DNA of 64,000 nucleotides from Oculina patagonica (Eukaryota): NCBI RefSeq assembly GCF_052425735.1, contig NC_135761.1, positions 14,880,001 to 14,944,000 of the forward strand, read 5' to 3'. Shown piece by piece: positions 49,006 to 58,703 of this stretch (position 1 is its first letter; each line of letters starts with the position of its first letter). The notes under the pieces were generated by a model. It saw only the letters and a program-made list of their open reading frames with translations, ran no database searches and was not told where the DNA came from. The position numbers and the translations under genes were made by a program.

Positions 49006-52000
49006 TTAATTGCGCTTGCGAGCAACAGTAGCTTTCTTCTTGTTTTTCAAGATCCAGAGATTTTGACCCCGAATTTCAGCATGCCCAGTTTTCTCACTCG
49101 TAGAATTCGCTAACATTGGAGAGCCAATGGCCAGTGCTTGTCCGTGTGCGTCCAAAAATTTCTTTTTCCATCTGGAATTCGAAAGTGTAGAACAGTAACT
49201 TTCGTCAAAGTTACCCTTCGGCACATTTTGTTGAAACTCGCCCATCATGTTTCCTGCTGGTTTATATCTGCCGACGATATACGCACATTTCATGCCGTTC
49301 TTCATTGTCTCAGCTCGTCCAATACCAAGCACCGTGCTTCCCTTCCACACGACTTGAGTAAAATGGCCTGTTCCACCACTAAAACCACCACTGTTGAAAT
49401 TGTACCCAGGTTTACACACTTCGTTGTACCTGTAAAAAATGACCAACTCTTTATAAGACGGACACCCTCGGGACCAGATCCAACTGTCCTTCTTAAAGAG
49501 TTGTCCTTCTTATAGAGTTTAGTTTCAGTAAAATGACTAAAAACAGCAGGGACGGGACCAACACCAGGTGCCTGTCTTAGAGAGGTGTCCGTCTTATAGA
49601 GGTGTCTGTTAAGATAGAGTTGACTGTATTGAATTTGCTGCAATACAATACAACAATACAATAGTCGTTTAATGTGTCATACACTTAGCAATAAGGTGTG
49701 ACATTGCAGAAATGTCACACCAGCTAGTTTACAGATATTCCACCTAAATTAGTTAAGAAAAAAAAATAAAAATAATGATAATAAGTGAATAAATAAATAA
49801 AACTATATAAGTCAGGATGATGAGATAAAATCTAAAGTAATTATTATATATACAATATGCTGTACAATAAATGAGCCGATACTACTAAAATTAGGTTAAA
49901 AGGCCCGAAAGGTCAATTTTCATTATACTATTTTTAAAGGCCTTAAGAGATCTGTTGGTTCTGTACGAATCTGGAAGTAAGTTCCACAGCTTTGGCGCTA
50001 GGCAACGCCATGATTTGAGGCCGTAGGTGGTGGTGTTGACCCTTGGCTGTTTCAGGATGTCGGTTCCTCTCAGATCGTATCTGACGTCTCTAAAATCCAA
50101 TACCTTTTTAATGCTCTTGGGAGCGTGATCGTTATTAATTGCTTTAAAAACCGTACAAACTATTTTTGCAAGTCTTTGACTTAACAATGAGGGTAATCCT
50201 ATCTTATTGAGCAATTCATGGTAATGCGTTTGTTTTTCATTAAAAACGAATCGGAGGGCACGTTCGTTGACTTTTTCCAGTTTTGCAGTGGCACTTTTAC
50301 TGCAGAAGTGCCAGGTCTCTGAGCAGTAGTTAAAGTGGGGAATAATGAATGCAAAATAGATGTTCTTTCTTGTTTCGAATGGAAGTATCTTCTTCATGCG
50401 CTTGAGTACGACAACTTGCTGAGAGACTTTTCTGCATACTTTGGCTACATGCTTGTCAAATTTCAGTTTATCGTCTACTGTCACTCCTAGCATATCAGAC
50501 TCTTCGGTAATTGGGATTTCAGTGGTTTCGCAGTAGAATCGAGGCTTGATTTGCGTCTTTCTCATCACGATTGCTTGACGAAGGATTACATAATCAGCAT
50601 AATAAAGTTTTAAGGGGAGTTTTTGCCCGCAGATCCCACTGGACAGCGTTATCCACCCTTGGAACAACGGGCTAACCATAATTATCAAATGTCGCTGTAG
50701 TTTTAGAAAGCCAGTCCTTCGCGTTTCACTTGATTTTCATTTGAAAGTCAACAACAACTAAATCTTTGTTGGTCAACATTCTAAAAACCATACAGCAATT
50801 TTTAGATCCGAATTGTCGGCGGGACTTTCAAGAAAAGCACGCCTGGTCGGGTGAACCTAGCTTCAAAGGGGCTTGGTCACGGTATTTTAGGTAATTCTAT
50901 TTATTTTCGATAATTAAGAGCTCTAAATTTAATATCAACAGAGCAAAAGACACTTGAATAAAAAATGAGATCACTCGGGTGACTTGGAAACAGTCGGGCC
51001 GACGTTTTTCAAGTTTACCCGAACGCAATCCGTTTTAATCTTCTCGAATTTTGCCCATCCATGCCCCTTTTGGCATTTCTGTGTTTCTTTTGAGTTCTTC
51101 AACAGTTTAAAGCCGTTATTGTGATATTTTAGTTAATTCTACGAACAGTTGGTCAGTGCCGAAATTGCTTAAAATTGCGTGACAAAATCCCCTTTAAAGG
51201 ATTAAGGATACTTGCTCAGTGAAGCACACTTGACATTTTATTGTTATTCAAAGCAAATTTTAATAAAAAAAAATCTCACCAGCCAGTCACAGCTTCTTTC
51301 ATGGTTTGGGCCTGGTTAGAGGAACATCCATAGGAAAGGTTTTCGCCTTGTCCCTCTCTTTCCTGTGATGAAGAGTGCTGGAGCTGCCCTCTCTGGGCGA
51401 TTTTTTCCGCATATGCTTTCGCCTGATCACACATTTGTCTGTCCAGCGTCATGGCGGGAACTTGGTGAATTTGCCGGAATTCATTATGCACCGACAAGCC
51501 AATTTCCTCTTCTTGGGTGAACGCTGAATAGGAAAAAGATGATAGAAATTTATTTAAGGGCAAAAATTCCAAATTACCGTATATACGATTGAGAGTACGT
51601 AACCCTCAAACTTGTATGCAATTTCAAGGTATCTTACCAATTGTAAAGGACAGTTACTTTTCAGTTTAAACCAGTGTTAGTTCCATAGCTTAGTTCAGAA
51701 TAGTTTTGTGTAAAAATAAAAAGAACCGCGCTATTTAGTCAATTTTATGGATTCGGTGCACTGTAGAAATAGAAGATGAAGATCTCTCAGAAGTTGCATC
51801 ACAATAGCGTAGAATTGGCGATTGTAGAATTTTTATTTGTTATTTTATTGATTTATTTGGTAGAGAGAAGAAGTAGATTCAATTGAATTGAATTGATTTA
51901 CTTGCTCCATAGCTTCTTACATTACAATTCTTATTATTAACATTGCAGTAATATTAAAAGCAGGAGATCCCAGCAAGTTTTATTAGTAGTTTTTTCTTAG

Positions 52001-53771
52001 GGGATCCCCTTTTCTTAGGGGAACATTATAATATCACCCGCCTGGATAATATCATACGTGTCAGGGTTAAAAGTTATAGATTCTGTCCCAGAGCATGTTA
52101 TCTGGTACAGAAACTCTGCATATTAAATAACTACAATGTTTGTAGCCAAGTGCAAAATNNNNNNNNNNNNNNNNNNNNNNNNNNNNNNNNNNNNNNNNNN
52201 NNNNNNNNNNNNNNNNNNNNNNNNNNNNNNNNNNNNNNNNNNNNNNNNNNNNNNNNNNNNNNNNNNNNNNNNNNNNNNNNNNNNNNNNNNNNNNNNNNNN
52301 NNNNNNNNNNNNNNNNNNNNNNNNNNNNNNNNNNNNNNNNNNNNNNNNNNNNNNNNNNNNNNNNNNNNNNNNNNNNNNNNNNNNNNNNNNNNNNNNNNNN
52401 NNNNNNNNNNNNNNNNNNNNNNNNNNNNNNNNNNNNNNNNNNNNNNNNNNNNNNNNNNNNNNNNNNNNNNNNNNNNNNNNNNNNNNNNNNNNNNNNNNNN
52501 NNNNNNNNNNNNNNNNNNNNNNNNNNNNNNNNNNNNNNNNNNNNNNNNNNNNNNNNNNNNNNNNNNNNNNNNNNNNNNNNNNNNNNNNNNNNNNNNNNNN
52601 NNNNNNNNNNNNNNNNNNNNNNNNNNNNNNNNNNNNNNNNNNNNNNNNNNNNNNNNNNNNNNNNNNNNNNNTGAGGTTTTGCCGTTTTTACTTATAGTTC
52701 CAGTACCCGCGATACTTATTTTGGAATCCTGGCCCAAAACTACAAAATAAACAGTTGAATAATAAGTATAGAAATCAGTTTAGACTAATTAAAGTTAAAA
52801 ACAACTGAGAATGATCCCGTCTTAATAGCCTAAATAAAAATACAAAAAGTACATTCATTAATAAAGAACTTTGACAGCACGCTTCAATATAGAGGGTTCA
52901 TTGTTGTAGCTGAGTTAGGTACAAATTCTATGGATGAAGCGTATCGCATTATAAGTCATTGAACACCAAGACAGCAGTTCTTGGCCTGATATTTTCTTGT
53001 GTTAACATTTTGTGCATGAGGTGACAAAAATTGCTTGTAGATGATGTATGCGTTAGTTTGTCGTATCTTGTGCCAAATCGATGTTTTTGTGGGGATTCCG
53101 TCTGTTTCATTCATATATTTCCAGATTGTTTGCTTTTACATTTCCATTACCTGCGGCGCAATGCAAATCACGGGACCATATCGTGGGCTCAGGTGTAAAA
53201 CTCATCGAGGTCACGTGTTTTATAAAGTTGACCACTGACCGGAAAATGGATTTTCTATTGGATGGCGGGCTCAAGGTCTAATTTTTTTCCTGTTTATGGT
53301 CAGTGAATTCGGATATTTAAATAAAGGGCAAAGTAAATTACCGCGGAGCTCTGCTTTCAGTCTTGGCTTAATCCAACGTATACTGGTAGGAGATCGTACA
53401 CGGTTTGCTTGCTTGAACTTTTAATTAATCTATTTAATATGATAAGCTAACGAGTGTTCTGATTGGTTTAAACAGCGTACTTTTTTGAGTATAGAGCACG
53501 CTGCTTACGAGTGCTCTCGCCATCTTTTACCGTTTGCGTGCGCTTGCAGCTTATGGAACATTTCAAATCTCGCTGTTTTAGCAAACCGAGGAGAATTTTC
53601 AAGGTTTGAGTGGTTCAGCTCTATCAAAAATGTCTTCTTATTTTTGTTCTTCACTTCCTTGCTTGCTTTATAACAGAACAAAGCACGATCAAGGCTTTTT
53701 TATTTGTTAAGTATTCTTCCTTTACCTGCTTTAGTTGCTCCAACGGCGAGCAACAGATAATAAAGCCACAT
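49006..53771 (-). CDS. Secreted CAP gene copy 8; exons 53726-53771, 52739-(gap), 51280-51523, 49006-49429
   Basis: Signal exon MWLYYLLLAVGATKA. The linker exon starts LGQDSKISIAGTGTISKNGKTS and runs into the N gap. Exons A and B are intact. Recent tandem duplicate of copy 7. Confidence 0.85.
49641..50576 (-). mobile_element. 5'-truncated non-LTR retrotransposon (CR1/L2-clade-like), RT C-terminal region
   Basis: ORF ..LGVTVDDKLKFDKHV..IYFAFIIPHFNYCSETW..LEKVNERALRFV..YGLKSWRCLAPKLWNLLP; 3' tail of (TATTG)n; absent from the same intron of copy 7. Confidence 0.88.
52159..52671. other. Assembly gap (513 N) within the linker exon of CAP copy 8
   Basis: Run of N seen directly. Confidence 0.99.
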
Positions 53772-54875
53772 AGTTTTTACACGGTTCTTAAAAAAAATAA
53801 ACATAAATACCATGAGTAGTAATTTAAAATTGAGGATTTCCTACAGAACAATGACGACAAAAAAAGATTTATAGTTATTTTATTTTTAAAACACGTTTAA
53901 TATTGCATCGTGGCTTCAAGCATATAAGGCTCGAACTAACTTCTCTTCACAATGAAGGTATTTAAAATTGAAAAAATCGAACGCAAGGATAACATTATTT
54001 TTTCAAATTAAACTAGCCTTGTATCTTCTGCTCTACTTTTCTCGTGGTCTGTGTTGTCTGATAAAAAAAGAAAGAAAAAGAAGCGTTTTCTTTCAAAGGA
54101 CGCAATCCTAATTTAGAATTCTTACCTTGCAATCTTTAGCATGTTGATATCTTTGTGCAAGGGGTGGATAGGCTCTTTCACTTCAAGGGAAACATGAATA
54201 CAAGTCGCTTATCCAACCATTTTTTTTCGATGTCTTAGTTTTGCTGGTGCAGTGAAACCCCGCCTTAGGCACATCTCATTTTATACCACCACCCGTTATT
54301 ATGGCCACTTGTTATTATCTCGTTATTACAGCCGCGCTTGTGATTTCCTTTTCTAAAACACCCTCTTCCATAAGCTTCACTTCAGTCCCATATGAGGACC
54401 ACGAAACAACAGAGTCCTTGAGGTTGTACATGTCTTTGTATTTCGCGGAACCTTTACTGAGGTACACTCTGCTAGTACGACCCCTCCCTACGACCACCCC
54501 ACTAATACAGCCACCTCACAATTACCACAACTTTTGATTGGCTTGGACATCAAACGCAAGCTTAGTCAGTCGCTCTCTTGAACAAACATTTACTCTTTTT
54601 TTTTTAAAATAACTGAAGAATTCAATTTATAAGAATATCGAGGCTAAAGCTTGCGAAATTTTAAGAATATTTTATGGATAAACCTGAGGCTGAGATTTTG
54701 AAAAGAGTATAATTTTGTGTGTTGAAAATTGTAAATACAATTTAATTGTAAGTTTTTAAAGAAACAAAATTAAATCCTTCCTTTGTGAAACTTGCGAAAT
54801 TTTAAGAATATTTTAAGAATAAACCTGAGGCTGAGATTTTGAAAAGTGTTTAATTTTGTGTATTGAAAATTGTAA

Positions 54876-55330
54876 TAGCTGCTGGGACTGTGGAGATGTT
54901 TACATAGGAAAAACAAAACGACGACTTCATGACAGAAAAACTGAACACTTTAAGGCTCTCACTAAATGCGACCATCCATCAGCTATTGCTGATGAACCAC
55001 AGGCCATAACATCAAATGAGATCATTTTGAAATCCTTGCGTCAGGCAAAACTGACCTCCACTGCAAAATTAAGGAGACCTTATACATTCAAGAACTACAA
55101 CCTTCTTTAAATGCCAATGTCAGCAGTGAGAAGATGTTACTTTATTAACTGAAATGTAAATATTAAGTTACTGCTGACTGATCAATTGTCTCAGTCTAGG
55201 TTCCAGACCCCTTTCATAACAATATATAAATAGTTGCCAAAATTTTAACGTTCATACTTTTGAAAATGTATATAACTTAGCATACGAAACGTCAAGTTTA
55301 GTAAAATGCGATTTTTCATAATGTTTATCA
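54876..55330 (+). mobile_element. Penelope-like element 3' fragment (GIY-YIG endonuclease and terminal repeat)
   Basis: CWDCGDVYIGKTKRRLHDRKTEH..SAIAD is the Penelope GIY-YIG signature; frameshifted; followed by a hammerhead motif. Confidence 0.85.
55256..55297 (+). ncRNA. Minimal type I hammerhead ribozyme motif (U3-A8 variant) of the Penelope repeat
   Basis: ACUU-UUGAAAA-U-GUAU(loop)AUAC-GAA-AC-GU-C-AAGU: stems I and II pair, stem III is the palindrome ACGU, and the cleavage triplet is GUC. Confidence 0.6.
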
Positions 55331-55483
55331 CCGCTGTCAGTGTGTTATATTTTTAAACAAAGAATGAAACAAAAAATCAGGGTACGTCAATTTTATTCAC
55401 AAAATATACGATTTTTACTTTAAAAACAAAACCGTTGCATTGCTATACAATCCCTTATACATCAAATCTTTATAACACAGCAC

Positions 55484-55580
55484 CAACCTCGTTCCCAGGG
55501 TCTCCCTCCCCCCCCCACACACACACACACACACAGAGCGAGAAGTGGGCGGGGAGAAGGAGACCCTGGGAACGAGGTTG
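55484..55580. mobile_element. MITE with perfect 21-bp TIRs and 9-bp TSD
   Basis: ACACAGCAC|CAACCTCGTTCCCAGGGTCTC ... GAGACCCTGGGAACGAGGTTG|ACACAGCAC. Confidence 0.9.
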
Positions 55581-55962
55581 ACACAGCACCGCTTATAAGC
55601 AAAAGTCACGCCCAAAGGGAATCTGATAGAGAGCTTGGGCTGCCTGTGCCCTGACAGGTAGATACCCAGAGCTCTTACTTTGAGCCACACCCATACCAAT
55701 TCGAGCCGGCGGACACAATTCGTCATTTGTCACGCAATCATTTCACCCGAGACCAAATCACTAGTGTTTGCTTCAGAAGCCATACAAACAAAATAAAGCA
55801 ACAAGAAAAAACAAATTACATAATAAAAAGTGATGATGTACAGAGGAACGTCTTAGGAAAAGAGAGCTTTCTTTATTACTGTGTTAGTTGTGTGACAATC
55901 AGGTTAACAATAATTTGGGCAAAAATAAAAATCATCAAAAAAATCCTTTCAGTTCTTCAGTT

Positions 55963-57447
55963 TTATTTTTTGTTGATGGTAATCGTTACGCTTGACCCTG
56001 GCGGGGTAGATGCCGGATGTTTAAAAACAAGACGATTTTCCTCGGTGGAAGACCATGTGACGGACGTTGGCGTGACAGTCACGCTATAACCTGATGAGTA
56101 ATGCACCGCTTCGTTCAAATAGACAACAGATTCGGTTGAGTGACACGTTTTGGACACTTCATAAACTAACACGAATTCCTTTGAGGACAAATCAAAGCTG
56201 AATTTCACAGTATTTCCAGCAACGGCCTGAGGGTAAGTACGAGTCGTGTTTTGAACGTAAATTTGGTTGAGTCCTGTTCCATTCCACAATGGACAGCACT
56301 TGTCCCCTTTCAGACTGGGACGGGAGGGGTGGTACGCCTTGTAGTCCCATCCTATCCACGATTGTAGGTAAATGTCGGCAGCGACCATTGTTTCAAACAT
56401 GGCCTCGATCGTTCCGTCGCTAGTTAGAAATTCCGTTAGCATTCCTCCGCATTCTAACCTCTCCAAATCCGCTTTCCGTGCCTCGAAGTTCTCGATTATT
56501 TCTAGCGATGGCGGGATGTAGAAATGGTAACTAAGTACGCTCCTATTCCGGTACTCATTCCCGCCCGGCACGCTATTGAATCCAACACCAAAGTCATCCC
56601 ATGTAACACCTTCGAAGAAAATACAATGTTCTTCATCGTGTTGCCTGATAGCTTTGCTTAGAACTTCGTAGACAGGAGCCAAATTCATTCTATCAGCGAC
56701 TTTTGGCACGAGGAGCGGTGGGTTTGCATAAATATCGCCTGCCCATGGTTCATTGATGAGCTCGTAGCCAATAACATTGGAGAAATTCTTAAAGCCCGAG
56801 GCAGTCTTGCCCCAGAATGCAGCCCAGCTATCTAACAGCCCGTCGGTGTTGTTGTACAAGTGTTGAAACGCCACGCTAGTCGCTTCGGTGAAGTAGTAAT
56901 CCGACCAAAGAAACTTAGCGCAGTCTTCGTCCGATGGCATTCCTGTTTTGGGACCGAGAACAAACGGCTCGTGTAGCGGTTCAGGGAATCCTTTGGCGTT
57001 TCCCGTGTTTACTGCCCAGGTCGGCAAACCTTCCACGCACAGCATCCTAGAAAAGGCATCCTGATGCATATCTAGCAGGACATAAATGCCGTATTTCGCG
57101 GAGAGTGTGACGATATGTTGCATAACTTGTAAGTACGTCTCGTTGTATTTCCCTCTCGTGGGTTCCAACCCGGGCCACATGAATCCAAGACGTACAACAT
57201 TGAGGCCAAGTGATTGCAGAAGTTTCATGTCTTGTTCAGAGAAGGTTCCGTACGAGAAGCCTTCGACTTCTGGATGCCACGGAAACTCCTTCACCACAAC
57301 GTTTGTACCGTGAAAGAAGACCTCGCGACCCAAGCTGTCTACCAACCTCTGTCTGTCCGGGTTCACAGAGATGGGGAGAAGATCTGCAGCTGCAGAAAAG
57401 GCGAAAACGCCTAGCATTAAAAATGCCAAAATCATCGCGCTTAGCAT
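55963..57447 (-). CDS. Endoglycoceramidase-like glycoside hydrolase family 5 protein, copy A (intronless, signal peptide)
   Basis: Motifs FHGTNVV, GLNVVRLGFMWPGLEP, LDMHQD, GYELINEPW (acid/base), SYHFY, LTEF (nucleophile), RTYPQAVAG and a C-terminal beta-sandwich-like region. First ATG at 57447 (the ORF track starts at a GTG). Confidence 0.9.
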   Translation of the reverse strand: MLSAMILAFLMLGVFAFSAAADLLPISVNPDRQRLVDSLGREVFFHGTNVVVKEFPWHPEVEGFSYGTFSEQDMKLLQSLGLNVVRLGFMWPGLEPTRGKYNETYLQVMQHIVTLSAKYGIYVLLDMHQDAFSRMLCVEGLPTWAVNTGNAKGFPEPLHEPFVLGPKTGMPSDEDCAKFLWSDYYFTEATSVAFQHLYNNTDGLLDSWAAFWGKTASGFKNFSNVIGYELINEPWAGDIYANPPLLVPKVADRMNLAPVYEVLSKAIRQHDEEHCIFFEGVTWDDFGVGFNSVPGGNEYRNRSVLSYHFYIPPSLEIIENFEARKADLERLECGGMLTEFLTSDGTIEAMFETMVAADIYLQSWIGWDYKAYHPSRPSLKGDKCCPLWNGTGLNQIYVQNTTRTYPQAVAGNTVKFSFDLSSKEFVLVYEVSKTCHSTESVVYLNEAVHYSSGYSVTVTPTSVTWSSTEENRLVFKHPASTPPGSSVTITINKK

Positions 57448-58703
57448 GAGATTTGTGCAGCTTTTCACTGCCTCGGTTGATGAAAAAATCGTGAATTGAG
57501 AAATCGATCAGTCACGAGAATGAGGTTTCATGTTACACAAGTAGTTGTGTTGTCACGCTATGTTTATATATAGGGCCTACATTTTTTTGGGGGGGGGGGG
57601 TGGGGGGGGAAGCATTTCTCAGCTATCAGTTTATCAGGTAAACTTTTAGCTATGATTCAACTATCAGTTGATTTGGACAGATTTCAGTTACCCTTTCCAT
57701 GTCACATTATTTTATAGTGTAAAATTCTTAACAGTGTCGAGCTTGACCTGCCGAATGGTGTTGACTATCTTCCGAAGATTTCCAAGGAACATTTAAGTTC
57801 TTCCGATCTCTTCGGTAAACCACCGCGATATTCGGAAGAGTTCCAAAGAATTTGGCGATTTTATTTTAGCGCTACATTCTCAGCGCATAAGACGTGAACC
57901 ATCAGTTCAACTTTTAGTTATATTTCAGCTCTCAGTTAATTTAGACAGATCCGTCTCAGTTAATCTTTTCCTGTTACATAATTTTATTGCGTAAAATTCT
58001 TTACAGTATCAAGCTTATCAGGACCGAATTACTATAAACTAATTGCGATTTTGGCGGCGTTGGGAGAAAATATTTTTCGTATAGGGCTCCGTCCCGCAAA
58101 ACAATTACCTGCCTTTCTTCAATAGCCCGTAGGGAAGAGCTCTACATAAAAAAGCGCAAGAGGGCGGAAAATAGATATACCCTATATAACAAAAGCTGGG
58201 TAGAAACCAAGACACTGACTTTCAATTCATCATCGGCTTATACAATAGCGAACAGAAATCAATTTTCTCCCAGTGCTACGCAACCGAAGAGAATTTTTCT
58301 AATTACCGACGTTTATCGCAGAAAAAATTTAAATTTTCATCCATTGGTAAGGGCTGGACAGTTGGTATAACCCCTAGCCTGTAAACACAGACGTACTTCC
58401 GGCTGTCCCACTTTTTCGTGCATTGACTTACAAAAATGCATTAAACAGTCTTTACAAAAGCATTGCGTGAAAATTATCACAGACAAAAGGCAGGAGAAAT
58501 CAAGAATGTTTGATAGATTCTTTTCCATCGTTCAACATATTTTTTTTTTTTCGTTCAACATATTAATTTATCACCCAATTCTACAAATTATGCGCGTGAC
58601 AAGTTACATTGTTACGTTGCGTGACAATATTGTTACATTGCGTAACACAACTGCATGCTGTAAAATGAAACCTGCATTCTCGTGACGAGGTTGTGATTTC
58701 TCA

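Noticed and set aside
50577-50688. N-terminal part of the 265-aa ORF 49891-50688 as LINE protein
   Set aside because: This stretch is host intron shared with copy 7 (41330-41420) that happens to be in frame; the element ends at about 50576.
52123-52750. 204-aa ORFs in the ORF track
   Set aside because: Artefacts of translating through the N gap.
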